Assembly (NCBI GenBank): GCA_026025795.1 | Contig: JAPEUG010000074.1 | Location: 1 to 56,160, forward strand | Direction of reading: 5' to 3' | DNA length: 56,160 bases | Origin: Thelocarpon superellum | Lineage: Eukaryota | The notes under the pieces: model-generated | What the model was told of the DNA's origin: nothing | Databases searched by the model: none | The model's input: only the letters and a program-made list of their open reading frames with translations | Program-made: the position numbers and the translations under genes | Part shown: piece after piece, positions 1-12,649 of the stretch | How the letters are laid out: each line of letters starts with the position of its first letter | Numbering within the stretch: the stretch's first letter is position 1

Positions 1-733
1 AAAGCTGCGACGTCGCAACGATGCTGAGTCACTCAGATGCTAAGGGAGATGACCATATACAAAGAGCGATGGCGAAATGATGCACAGCACGAACGACGAC
101 CCAGATGCCGCGCGCCTCCGTGAACAAGGCCTCGGTACCAGCCGAGGAGGGACGTGCAGAGGAGCTTCCAGACCGACTCTGGTGAGTGTATGGGAGCTAG
201 GAGACGCAGCAAGAGGAGATGAGATGTAGGAGTACCTATACGCCAGTCACATTACTGTGCCCGTGAGATCCGAAGGTCGGCCAAGCCGGAATGTACAAGA
301 TGTAAAGCTCACGATGCTGGCGTTGGGACAGCTTCACCCTGCGACCCACCTGAACACGAGGGGTATTCGGTACGCCACAGGAGGAACGCAGCTTGCCACG
401 GAGTCCGACTCATCGAGTACGAGTACGAGTACTCATAAGGTAGTACCATTTCGAACTCGTGCGGAGGAGGCGCGAGTCACGGGGCGTGGCACATGATCAC
501 ATGACCGTGTCACGTCGCGTTGCGAAGTTACGGCCAATATGCCGTCTAGACCATGCCGGATGCGATTCGCATCCATGCGTTGTTGACAGGAGAAGCAGCG
601 TCTCCGATACTTCCACATCCACCATCAGCCTCCGACTACCGGTTAGAAAATTGCAGAGAAGAGGATTGTTTGCCGGTGGCTGTTTGCCGGTGGCAGGCCC
701 ATCTCCACTGCTGTCCTTGATCCAACTCCTCCA

Positions 734-1545
734 ATGCCGTCCCCGGCGTCACAACAAGATGCACCTCCGTCGCCAGCGCCCGCGGCGGCCGCGCCCACCA
801 CCACGACGCCCGGAACGCGCGCCACGGCCCTGAACACCATCTTTGGCGAGGCTCTGGCCCATACCCTCCGAACTTGTTCCTACGAGAATTTCGCTGCCTG
901 TTTTCCCACGCCAGCGCGGCATTGCCCGGGCAGCCTTCGAGCCTTGTGGGCGCAAATGGTGGAGCGGTTGGAGGGGCATGCCAAAGTATGTAGAAGTGCC
1001 CCGTACATCGGCTGCGATGGACCAAACTCATGGTGACGCGTGGACACGAACTTTACTGATGTCTTCCAGAGCGAATTCGACGCCATCCTGGCCGAGCGCG
1101 CCGTCGTCCCCGCCCTCAATGACCTCGACCGGCTCATTGCCGACGCACGACGACGGAAAGCACGCACATCGTCGCCAGACGAGGTCCCGGTCCCGTATGT
1201 CGCTGCTGCTGTTCCATACTGACCACTACCTGCCGGCTGACCTCGTGACTGATCACGCGTAGGCCGCATACGCTCCCACCTTCTTCGCATCTACAGGCGC
1301 ACTTGGAACCCTTTCTCACCCAACAACGGTCCCATCTAAATGCCAAATTGCAAACTACACAATCGCAGAACGCAGCGCTGGCCGCCAAGATTCACGACCA
1401 GGAAGCCGAGATCCGAACGTTGTTGTCGACGCTCATGCACGTCGTGGAGGATGTGGAGGCGGCAGGGACCGTGCTGGAAGAGGGCGGTGGCCAGCTCGGG
1501 AAGGAGACCGTAGCGCTGGACGTCGCACTACGAACCTCGTCATGA
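734..1545 (+). CDS. NNF1: Kinetochore MIND/Mis12 complex subunit Nnf1
   Basis: Exons 734-985, 1070-1194, 1263-1545. Introns are GTATGT..CAG (986-1069) and GTATGT..TAG (1195-1262). The spliced product (ENFAACFPT...EFDAILAERAVVPALNDLDRLIADARRR...PHTLPP...LNAKLQTTQSQNAALA) matches the fungal Nnf1 pattern. Confidence 0.85.
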
Positions 1546-1905
1546 TGTCTCGCGCATAGGGACGGAATGGGGTTCCCATCGGCGTTTCGGTATCCGGGGT
1601 CAAGGGAGACTTATGATCTAGACGGCCATCGTATGCAAAGCTTGTCGTCTGACCCGACGAATTGGCCGAGAATACTGAGGCTCATTGGCTGCTACCGATA
1701 TCCTGTGCTTTCTGCCGGTAGGAGGGAACTTCCACAGGAGAATCGGAGGCGGTTGAGAACATCGAAGTGAAGCGGTGAAGATCGCATAGATCAAGGCAGC
1801 CGTGAGGGGCATTTCAAAGACAGGCAAAAAGAGCGAGGAACACACTTCGGACGAAAGAGCAGCCACGATCACTCACTGTCCTGCACTTCGCCCTTATATG
1901 GCGGC

Positions 1906-3630
1906 TCAGACACAGAGAATTGCTCGTGGCTCAGCCTCCCGCTCCTCGGGCTCCTGATCGTTGTACCCGGGCAACCGATCAGGGTCATAGCGCACCAGTT
2001 GGCCCCGGTCCCAGTTGATCTTCCACCTCTTGCCATCCTTGACGATGATGTCGCTCTGTCGAGGCGCGTTGTCCCAGAGATTCGTCATGCAGCGACGAGC
2101 ATATACCACGTGCCGGGCGTACGACCAATTGTGCGGCGGGCACCACTTGGGCTCCGTTGTGATCAGGGCCATGGAGGAACTCGCGCTCCCCTCCTCTGTC
2201 GGATGAGGCGCTGCGGGGAAGCTCGAGGCGGAAAACTCGGATCCGAGATACGCGTCGACGATGTTCCGCATCATGACTGGTTCAGGTCTCCTGGGCGAAG
2301 GGGTCGGCGCGGTCGGACGAGGGACACCCCGGCGGAGACTGGCCATCGAAGTCGTCTCGCGGATTACGGCTCGCGTCATTCCGTCTGGCCCGCGCGGCAC
2401 GTTGGCACCGAGCGTCAGACACCAAAACCACCGCGACGTTGAGGGCGATGAGTGCTTTTCCCTTCTCGTCTCCTCTACCGTCTTGCTTACCCCACCCCGG
2501 ATGTACTGTACGCCTTTGGTGATGCTCAGGCTGCTGAAACGTCGGCGGGGGGGACCTGGCATGGCTGACTCAGACGTGCCCGGCGCAGTCATGGCGTGAT
2601 CGTGGGAACGCGGCTCTGGACGCGACGGCCCACACTCCGCGTGCGGGTGGGCGGGTTGAACCGCCGGCCGCCGTCGACGTCGCACCGGAATAGTGCGATG
2701 TCGTGGGAAGCCGCGCTCGTCGAGGGGGAGGGCGAGATCGATGGCCGCGCTCAGACACTCCAGCCAGTACAGAAAGGTCTGGACGGTCGAGCAGCTCAGA
2801 AGGAATTGATCCGTTTCCACGCGAAGACGGATGACAAAATTCCTGGTCTGCTGATACAGAGTCCGCTCCTCTGCCGATCCACGACCGGTCAGGCGCTTCA
2901 GCAAGGCTTGCGGGATGAAGTCGCGCTTCTGATAGTCTCCTGCGATCCCCACCTCCGCATGTTGCAGCGTATAGGTCTGCAGTCGTCGGCCCGCTGTCGT
3001 GCCCAGCGGACGATCCAGCGTCCCCGGCTGATGGTGGTGGAGGGTGGTGAAGAGTCCGGGGTGCTTGGCCTTGTGCACGCTCAACATGGTCCCCTTGAGG
3101 ACGAGGTAGACCGTCTTCCACGTCCGGCTCTCGGCCCGGCTGAACGGACTGCTCATCTCCATCTTCTGCTCGAAGACGCTCTCGGCCCGCAACGAGCATG
3201 AATAGGCGGGGAGCGACTCGCGCCCCTCCTCCTCCACCGGGATTATCTGCGAAAGACGAGGAGAGGGCAGATCGCCGGGAGGAAACTCCTCCCCCTCCTC
3301 CAATGACGGGTGCTCGTCGGGAAGGTGTGACGTCGAGGAATTGGGGAAGGCATTGAAATATCCCGCCAGTGTCGGCTCGTCTTCCGTGACCGGCCGAGGA
3401 GCACCATCCGCCCGCCCGCGGAGACCTCCAAGTCGACGGCCGTGGTGGCCATCACCCAGTGGCAGGCCCGCGGTGAAGGAGCAGGGGCGAGGACGAGGGC
3501 GAGGACGTTGGTCCATGGCTTGAGGGCTCCACGCTGACGTGCCAAAGACGCCCCGGACACTCTGTGTGAACGCGGAGCACTCCTCAACTCCTCGACGGCG
3601 CGGCGAGCGGCGGTCTTCACCGACGAACAT
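1906..3630 (-). CDS. PH-domain protein (YHR131C/YNL144C-like fungal family)
   Basis: Single long ORF. The PH-like core reads KMEMSSPF...WKTVYLVLKGTMLSVHK...YTLQHAEVGIAGDYQKR...FVIRLRVETDQFLL...WLECLSAAIDLALPLDER. Start is uncertain (ATG at 3630 or 3516). Confidence 0.75.
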   Translation of the reverse strand: MFVGEDRRSPRRRGVEECSAFTQSVRGVFGTSAWSPQAMDQRPRPRPRPCSFTAGLPLGDGHHGRRLGGLRGRADGAPRPVTEDEPTLAGYFNAFPNSSTSHLPDEHPSLEEGEEFPPGDLPSPRLSQIIPVEEEGRESLPAYSCSLRAESVFEQKMEMSSPFSRAESRTWKTVYLVLKGTMLSVHKAKHPGLFTTLHHHQPGTLDRPLGTTAGRRLQTYTLQHAEVGIAGDYQKRDFIPQALLKRLTGRGSAEERTLYQQTRNFVIRLRVETDQFLLSCSTVQTFLYWLECLSAAIDLALPLDERGFPRHRTIPVRRRRRPAVQPAHPHAECGPSRPEPRSHDHAMTAPGTSESAMPGPPRRRFSSLSITKGVQYIRGGVSKTVEETRREKHSSPSTSRWFWCLTLGANVPRGPDGMTRAVIRETTSMASLRRGVPRPTAPTPSPRRPEPVMMRNIVDAYLGSEFSASSFPAAPHPTEEGSASSSMALITTEPKWCPPHNWSYARHVVYARRCMTNLWDNAPRQSDIIVKDGKRWKINWDRGQLVRYDPDRLPGYNDQEPEEREAEPRAILCV

Positions 3631-6600
3631 GGAAACGGGTGAGGATCCTTGGTGGAACAAGGAGATTGCGATCCGAACAGACGAGCAGCCTAGAAATGTA
3701 GAGATGGACGGGCATGGCCAGGGGAACGAAAAATGACGTAGACTGTCTAAGACCTCATTACCCTCGTCGGAGGCTCAAAAACGGGGGAAGGAGAGAAGAA
3801 GGAAAGAGGGGTGGGCAGCCAGGAATGAAAGACGTATAGAGGGCAGACAAGGGGGCTCCGGATCGTGAGGATGGACCCACCTCTGTCTCTGCTTGCTTTC
3901 CGGACGTGCAACGTCGATGAGGGTAAGCGGACGGGTGGCCACCATCATCATCCCCCGCCATGCCTACGTTCGGTGCTCTGTCTGACCGCTGGTCGCACGA
4001 CTAGTTGATGGACTGGTGGAGCAGCAATACGACGTGACACAGAGATCATGGTGCCTGTGCCAAGCCGGCACATTGACGCAGCCTCCTGGGCCTTCGTCTT
4101 GCGACACTTGCTGGAAAGAGGGGATCTCTCGTCTTTTTCCTCGACCCAGAGTACGGACGCATCAGAAGGGTAGATGAGGATATCGGACTGACAGCCATCC
4201 TTGCCACTACGGCTAACCTGGCCGCAGGGGATGCGAAAGGCCGTTTGGTCACACAAAGTAGCACATGGGAAGTACGACCAGGCAAGGGATAGGCATCGCT
4301 GCCTTTTGCGTAATACAACTCGTTCTGGAATGACGAATGTAGAGCACCGGCAGACCTGCCGGTGCCATAAGCCGAAAGAGGGCGCTCGTTGCAATTGATG
4401 CCCGGAGCTAGTGGAAGGGACTCGACCGACTTTTGATCAGCCATTGGAATCCAGTCTCCTGTTCTGATCATTTATCTGAGAAGGGTAGTTAATTCCTACG
4501 ACGCCAAGGCATGAACGTGCTCAATGGTAGTGGGAGACTCGACAGTCACGAGTGTACAGGAGGTACTGGGCGTAATCAACATACTGGGGGTGCGCTGCCG
4601 ACAATCGGAGAAGGCCGACGAGGAGCTTCGCTTCAAGCAGGTAGCGTCGGGTGGCGGGTCATAGACGAGCGTTAGTGCAGCTGTACTCGTCTTGCTTCGA
4701 GTCGCCCAAAGAACGACCAGGTCGGGACTGGACTAACACGTACTCGTAGTACTCGTACTCGTAACATACTCGTACGTGGATATCCCGGATTACAGTGGGG
4801 CCTGAAAGCACCGGCGCTGGCCAATGGAATAGCGACTCCATGATGACGGTGCACTTCTCGCCACTCTCTTGCTCGTTCTGCTCGCTTTACCCATGTTGCC
4901 ACTGCGCCAGTTTGAAGAGCCGAGTCGAAAGCGGCAACTGAGTCCACGTTTTGGGCCGGTCGAGACGCCGCATCCACGCGGACGTATTCCACGTGGATCC
5001 GTGTATGCGTCCGTCCAAGTTGTAGTGTCGATCAGAGAAAGCCGTGCATGATGGCCCTGCTCGTGCGACTAACCCATGTTCTCAGGCGGGGTTGGTTTCT
5101 GTTCATGACAATGTCGTCAGTGTTTGGTAGGTGGGCATTTCCTCCTCCTACTCCCTGTTCTTCGACCGACCCGGCGTTTCAAGCATCGCATCTAGATGCG
5201 GTCCTGAACGGAACTTGCCAATCAGCGTCTTTCTACCGAGGTTCCGTCGAGCCGACGGGAGAAGATCGATCCGAATCGTCGCTTCCCTCGCGTGGCGAGA
5301 AGTCACGGAGCGTGGAAGCGCCAGTGTCCAACCCCCCCAAAGTGGCGGCACATACGGCTTGGCCCCTGTTTAAACGGAGCTTGGAGCTGGAAAAACACTC
5401 CAAACGATGCAGTCCCGGGCAGCCGCCCGATGTTGTAGGGTACCGCCGCATCTCAGCTCCCGAACGTCGCAGGCTATCACTATGATCCGGTGCGAGGAAT
5501 GAAAGGCTGGAGAAGGACTTCAAAAACTTCTGCACACCGGGAGCAACATGTCGTTCCTTGTAGCGTAAGTGATGCGTGGAGTCACGAACCCCCTGCAATT
5601 CATCGGCCTCAACCCACCACCCACGTTATGTGGCTTGCCGACTCTCGTGACTGATTGGCTCTGTTGGCGTTAAGCCATGTGTCGAATAGCAGGCGAAGAA
5701 GGCTAGAAGCCAAAAAGGGTGACTATGCCCCAGCCGTCGTCGCTAGACGCCGCCGGTCACCCGTCTTCCGTGGGGCCCCTTCGCGCGGTCAGACGGGCGT
5801 GGCATGGCGGCGGACGGCGGACGCCGAATGCCGGATGGCTTGGGACGTTCGAGGGTAACCAACGCCCGTCCTCCCGCCGCCCGTTGCCTGACTCTTCGCT
5901 TGGGCGTGCCGCCGGTCGCTGGAGGTGGAGGTGTCCACCGCGGGCGACGGACGCGGCGCCGACCTCAAACGGGTGCGCCATCCGCTTAGGGAGGGTGAGA
6001 CTGCGGGAGCCTCAGGTTTGGACATGGTCGCTCTGGACCACATGGCGGTCGGCGGGGCAGCTGCGCCAAACCATCGGTAAGTTACGGAGTTCTGAGGGCG
6101 CTGGGGCGGCCAGGGAGGACGAATGGCGGGCATGGAGAGGAGCCTTTCCAAGCGAAAATGGGCCACGCTACCTGGGGTAGTGCAGGGTCTGCAGCCGTAA
6201 AGATCCTGGTCGGCGTGATTGTGCAGCGTTTGCCTTAACACGCCCACCTGTAGCGACGTGCGTCCGCCAAGCTCGCCTCTCCTGCTGCGGCGGATTGGGG
6301 TTCTGCACCGCCAACCGATCCTTCGTCCCTTCGTCCCTTTATTCGAAGCCCCCCCCCGACCTGCGCCAGATTTTCGCCGTTGACCCTCACACTCTCGTAT
6401 TGTCTTCATCTTCCACTGTCGATTCAGTCTCTTCGATCTCGATCAGTGCCCTGACATCTTGCAATTTTCGACTGGCCAACGTCGCCCACTCGCTTCTCGA
6501 CTCGCCCGCGCTCCACCGACGCGAAGTGTGCTCAACGGCCAAGCCGCCTGCCTGCTCGCTTCATTCAGCCGAACACCTTCACCACACGAGATTGCGACCG

Positions 6601-6738
6601 TGCCTTATCGAGCCGTCCACCCACCGGCTCCCCGAATCTTCGCTCCTTACTTCTCGCTCATCGGCCTAGCACACTTGAGCATCACCTTGATTGTTGACTG
6701 TTGACGTACGGGTGCCACCTGGGCAATCACGCGTTACC

Positions 6739-7177
6739 ATGGGGCGATCAATCGAATCTTCGCGGCCAATGCTTGCGCCCAGCGTTCGTGTTCCCTTCAA
6801 CCACTCGTGGCAAGGCACGACCAAAGTAACTGACACCGGTGCGGCAGACCCTTTCTTCCAAGCGAGCTTCCACTCGATTTTCTACCTACTCGGTGTCCCC
6901 TTCGATCGCCCACTCCGATGGCACAGTGACGACAACGAGCACAACCCTCGATCCTCGCGCGGCCGAGATCCGCGACTTGACGGACGGCCTCTACCGATTG
7001 GAGAGCCAACGGCTGCAACAGCAGCGGTACACACCTAGTGTGGAGAAGACGGAGAGTCTGAGCCAACTGGCCCTGCAGGCCAAGCTGGAGCGGGCGCTCC
7101 GACGACGCATGACCAGCCAAGACGCCGTCCTACGTCCCAAAGTCATGAGTGAGAAGAAGTTAGAGGTCGCACGCTAG
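6739..7177 (+). CDS. Small conserved fungal protein of unknown function (about 124 aa)
   Basis: Exon 6739-6783, then intron 6784-6847 (GTTCGT, CTGAC branch, CAG), then exon 6848-7177 in frame. The C-terminal motif LALQAKLERALRRRMTSQDA resembles a Pezizomycotina hypothetical family. Confidence 0.7.
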
Positions 7178-9284
7178 GACGAGGAGGAGACATGGTGGCG
7201 TGGTGACGTATTGGATGGGACCATGCGTCCATCGCAGGTCTCAGCGGATTAATGGCGCGAATGACGCCCGGCGCAGCAGCAGAGAGCGGTTGACATGAAA
7301 GGCCACGGCGATGGCCGTCGCGGGGTTGACCAAGATGGGAAAGGTCTTGAGGGAGTCTACGCTGTCTAGTCATGAGGTTCTCGTCGCACCCGCTGAATGC
7401 TTCCTTTTGTCTCACGACGTCTCTACGTGTAACATTAACTCTAGCGGTCTCAGGAGATTTTTGACAACCCGCGTCTACGAGCACGAGATCAACAATCAAG
7501 ATCACAATGCCTCACCTGCGGTGCCGATGTTAGTCTCGAGCTCGTGCATGCCATGCATTGCCCCAACTTTCGCCTCGCGTGGTGGGATTCATCAAGCAGC
7601 AATGGGGACGACGTGCGTGGTGGACCAAATGGAGTGTCTAGTGGTGCCGCGGCGGTGACATCCAGCCTGGATGGTCTCGACCGACTCCGTCGTCAGGTTG
7701 CTCTGCAGGGGGGCCGCTGAACTTCTTGAAGCGGCGTAGTGCCGGTGGGAAGGGGTCGGCCCATAGACCACTGAGTGATCCCGATGTTGCTCACGAGACC
7801 TCAGTCCCTTGCGGGGCGACACCTTACCTTACAGTCTGCCGTACCCGCTTTTGGGAGGGTCGAGCGACGGGTTACTTCCCCGCATCGCATGCCTGTACCA
7901 GCGGTTGTACTGAATCCACCCGTTCGCAAGATCCTCGCATGCATCGCTGAGTGAAGGATCTTAGATGAAGCTGCCGCGTCAAAAGGACCTAGTGTTATGG
8001 TCTACCTTGAAGAAAGTTGGCATGACGTTGTGGGTTACTTAGGAGGAAATAAATCCGTGGTAATGCTGGACGTGCGCAGCGTAAAATTGGAGCCAGACTC
8101 CTTAGCTCGTGACACTTCCGTGGCCTTCGACCGGTCTAATCGACCACAGGTCTGACCACGCCTACTTCAATATTTATTGTTCGTCCGATGAACCTTTTCA
8201 TCGTAACTTCCAATCGGCAGACCGTCATTCTCCCACTGAGCAAGATCCTGTGTCCGAAGGATGAGGAAGTAGTGGCCAGACTTGCGGCCCATCAAGCTTG
8301 AGCGCCACCTTGATGTGCCAGATGGATCTGATCAAACATCTCGAGGCATGGAGGGTCGATGAGAAGAACAGAATCAGCGCCGTGTCCATCTCCCAGCGTA
8401 TGCCAGGAGAGATTTGCCGGAGCCAGAGACGGCTGGTTAGACATGGGAAAGAGAGATGGCGAACCTAATACTGGCCGGCACGCCGGGCACAAGTGTCAAT
8501 CTACGGTTCACCACAAGCCCTTGTACGTCGCCACGGCCACCTGCGGTGGACCCAGAATTCTGCATTTTCGTTAAACAATACGGCGAGGCACAAGTCCGGC
8601 CACGCCAGAACATTTTTTTGAAGGTCGAGTCGCCGACCTTCGGGCGCGGTCCGGTCGCGCTAAGGACGCTGAGGCCGAGCAGCAAAGCCCGATTCTTAGA
8701 GGAGAAGAGAGCTAGGGAGCAGGGAAGAGAGCCCTAACAGTAACGTCCAGCCTCCATCGCCAATCTTCCTCACAAGCACCGTCATTCTCACCACCACCGC
8801 CTCCAATATTCACCGTCTACAGACTCTCGATCCTATCAGAATTATCCTTGTACTCGTCCGGGCATTTCAGCGCCGTTTTCCCGAGTTCACCGCACCCCTC
8901 TTGTGGGTGCTCACGCTCAGATCGTTTCCTGCGCGTTGTTCGTATGGTCCCTACCTTCGTCCGTCGCACACGCACGCTCATCCGCTATAGCTTTCCTGTC
9001 ATCTGCATCCGGTCGTTACGGCGCGCATTATCCTCATACCGGACTCCTCTCCATGTACTCTTGATCTCGTCCAGTCCTGCTTCGCTTGACGGCCATCGGT
9101 GCGCAAGATTGTGATCCATCTCCGCTCGCCGTCCCATTTCGCCCGTTCTCTCGCCTGCCGCCTCTCGCCGAACCTTTGTGGCCGTCATCCCGGCGGTTGA
9201 TTTGCCAAGCCTTGAGTCCGTGGATCTCTTTCTGCCGCCACGGTCGAGGCGCTTGCCGCGGCTTCTCTCGCCACTCGCGCAATC

Positions 9285-11167
9285 ATGGCTACTGAGCAAG
9301 CGCCAATGCCAGTCAATGGCACCTATAATGCCTCCGGCTCCCAATACGCCGGCGCCGCGGAGACGCACCTATCTTCGCAGCAGCTAGGCCATGCCTCTGG
9401 CACCTCGGTCCCCGCCCCCGACAGCTTCGGGTCGCAGAATGCCCACGTACCCGCTGCCGCGGGGCAAGCTTCCGCGGACAACAGCAAGCACACCGAAATC
9501 CCCAAGGACCAGGTCGGCTGGCATTTTGTGGAGCAGTACTATCTGAACCTGAGCCGTAGCCCGAACAAACTCCATGTACCTTACTCGTCCCTCCGGTCAG
9601 AGACGACAGGTCACTGATCTCGTACTGCAGCTCTTCTATAACAAGCAGTCCCAGTTCGTGTGGGGCGTGGAAGCGGAGAAAGTCGCCGTCTGCGTGGGTC
9701 GAACGGTGAGTCTGGCATTTCCTCGGCCCCGGTGGTAGGCGTGGCTAATCGTCGGTGGATGGGCACTAGGCCATCTCTGAGCGTATTCGAGAGTTGGACT
9801 TTCAAGATTGCAAAGTCCGCGTCTTGAATGTGGATTCACAGGCCTCTTTCAAGAATATCCTGATTCAGGTGATTGGGGAGATGTCCAACAAGTCTGCACC
9901 CCACCGCAAGTTCGTCCAGACCTTTGTGCTCGCGGAGCAACCTAACGGGTACTTTGTCCTCAACGACGTCTTCCGCTATATCAACGATGAGGATGAGTAT
10001 GAGACCGAGGTCAATGGCTTCCAGGAGGAGACACCCGCCCAAGTGGCCGACCATGAACGTCCTGAGCCGACTCGGACCGAGCCGCGGGCCCTGACCAGCT
10101 CCGCGGACCTAGCGCAGCAGCGGCTTCACGCCGCCGTGGTAGACGAGCAGCTCGAGCCGAAGGTCCTCAAGACCGACGTCTTGAGCAATGGGCACGTGGA
10201 GCCCACGCCCGCCTCGTCCGGCAACGGCCTCCACGTCACGCCTAAGGGCGACTTCAGTCATGTCGAGGATGCTGAGACCGTTAGCCACGTGCTGCCATCT
10301 GGTGCGCCTGCGTCTGAGGCGGTCACTGAGACGGCGCAGGAGGAGAAGCCGAAAGAGCCCACGTCAACCCCTGTTGCAGAGCCCACGGCCCAGCCGGTAG
10401 CGCCCACTGTCGCTCCTCCCAAACCCGCAGCGCCCAAGACATGGGCCAATCTGGTGGCGGCGTCGCGATCTCCGGGGCCCGTGGCGCCCTCCTCCACGTC
10501 CTCGACTCCGCCGGCCCTGTTGCAGGCGAAGGCGGCTCCGCCGGCGGCGGCTTCGTCCCAGCCCCAGGCCTCGGCCGAATCCGGGTCGACACATTCACCC
10601 TCGGGCAACAACTCCGGCTGGCAGACGCCCAGCAACGACCACGCCAAACGGCAGGTGCGTGGGCAGTTCGTCGCGGGCGAGAAGGATAACGTCCTGGCCT
10701 ATGTGAAGCCCGTGACGGAGAAAGTTACCAGCGAGGCGTTGCGCGTCACACTACAGAAGTATGGCGACCTGGCTTACTTTGACGTGAGCCGCCAGAAGGT
10801 GAGTGGTGCATGCCCGGGTTTGATTGTGGGCGGAGTCACGACTAATGCAGGATAGAATTGTGCGTTTGTCGAGTTTGCCACGGCAACCGGATACAATGCT
10901 GCCGTCGCTGCCAACCCTCACCACATCGAAGGCGAACAGATCTACGTCGAGGAACGGCGCCCACGCTCGGGGGCGTATGGTGGCGTGGGCTACAACGCCG
11001 GCCGCGGCGGATCGGGTCGTGGGCGCGGAGGCGGCGACATTCGACCCGGCAGCCAGGGCCGCGGTGGCTTCCAGAAGGATGGGGGACGTGGAGGTGGCTT
11101 TAACCCCGGACGTGGTCGAGGTGGCAATTTCGCCAGTCGCGGTCGTGGGGGCAATCCCGGCACTTGA
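9285..11167 (+). CDS. NTF2 + RRM + RGG protein (G3BP / Bre5 / Nxt3 family, stress-granule and Ubp3 cofactor)
   Basis: Exons 9285-9575, 9631-9705, 9770-10798, 10856-11167. NTF2 motifs VGWHFVEQYY and RKFVQTFVLAEQPNGYFVLNDVFRY, a PKTWA motif, RNP1 NCAFVEFA and an RGG-rich tail. Confidence 0.92.
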
Positions 11168-11303
11168 TTCGTCCTACCCGTGCCACTCTTCATCCGGCAT
11201 GTGCTATTGCCTTTAAGCCCTCGCCTACCGCTTTCATCCGTGGAGGCGGGCGTTGTGGTCGCGGTGATGCTCGGTTCTTCTCCTGTCCCTGACCCTCATC
11301 CTC

Positions 11304-11348
11304 CACCTTCATCTTCACCTTCATCTTCACCTTCATCTTCACCTTCCA
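11304..11348. repeat. 12-bp tandem repeat (CACCTTCATCTT)n in the 3' UTR region
   Basis: About three copies directly visible. Confidence 0.8.
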
Positions 11349-12649
11349 CCCCCCCCATCCACCTTCAGCTCCACCTCGACCCCAGCCTCCATGATCTCCT
11401 CGAACCCCGGGCGCTGATCTTACTCTCGGCTTTCCTCTTGTTGTCGCGGACGATTCTGTCCTGCGCCTAAAGCAAAGCTCTGCATTCCGGTGTACAGAAA
11501 AGTGGTTCCGCAAGTCGATCTACTGCGCTGCATGGCGCGTTCTGGGGAGCGCTCGCTCGCTTCTCCTACCCCCTGGATCTTCTGACAACGCGTCTCTTTT
11601 TCACTGCCCATGTTCTCTCCCTTGTTGGCTGCCCTCCTCTCCAGGAGCGGCGCCCCCGCCGCGACCGTCTCAGATGGTCTCCCAACTCTTGAACGGCACT
11701 GACGGGGAAGGGTATGGCAGATGTACGTTTATGATGTGCCCGGATGGCATTGGAACGGTCCTTTTCAGTTGTGAAGCAGACACGACGTGTAATTGTCCTC
11801 ACAAGTCCTTCCTAGCCTCGAGAAGGGCCTGGACGATGAAGAGAGCTTGATTAGAAGCCAGCATACCGTAAAGAGCATACCGATGCCTTGTCGCCACCAA
11901 TCATTATACAAGGCTCTCATCCATACCACAGGGCTGGAGGATTTGGAGACTTTTGATCGAGCTTGCTGGTGAAGAATAATAGAGGATTAATTATGCTGTA
12001 GGCTGGAAAGCGTCTATTGTGCGCTTGTTGTTTACGAAGTCCACGTACCGAGGACATTCCCGGCCGGATTCCTTAGGGTGCGCAGGCCTGTGGCACGCCA
12101 TTGGTAGGGGCGTACTCGCAACTTAGGCGGGTCCTTTCCCCGGTACGCCGTTTGCACTTTGAGTGCGATCGCCCGAGAGTCGAAAGTAGGGTATCAGACG
12201 CGAATCCTTTGAAGGGTCTGACTTTCATCGGCCGGCGCGGCTTTCGATCGGAGGAAGGAAAGGTGTGCCCATGAGAGGCGATAGAGCTCGCGCAAAACGT
12301 GAAGTAAGGGGAGATGTCTGGTTGGCGGCCTAGTGCGGGGTACTTGTCGAACGACCCGACCATTGGCCTGGCCGATAAGAGACTTAGACGCCCATACGGC
12401 TGTGGTGCATGACGCAAGTCTCCCGCCCCCGTCTTCGCGTGACAAACGATGATAGGGTACGAGTACTTCAGACAACGGTACGACCAGGCAACGTCAGACT
12501 GCCGTGCTCTCTCCACGCCCTTCAACGACCAGCCCTTCCAGCTGTGACGCTCTCTCGAGAATCACTGTTCGGCGAGCATACCGCCAGATCCACTCTGACC
12601 CATCTGCCGAGCTCCATGTGACCTGGGTCGTCACCGTCCACTTGTGAGG

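Noticed and set aside
1..260. Possible 5' end of a divergent minus-strand gene
   Set aside because: Leader-like composition only; no coding sequence identifiable inside the window.
7958..8155. AT-richer open stretch of about 65 codons (ILDEAAASKG...)
   Set aside because: No recognisable homology or convincing gene structure; it may be a relic but cannot be supported.
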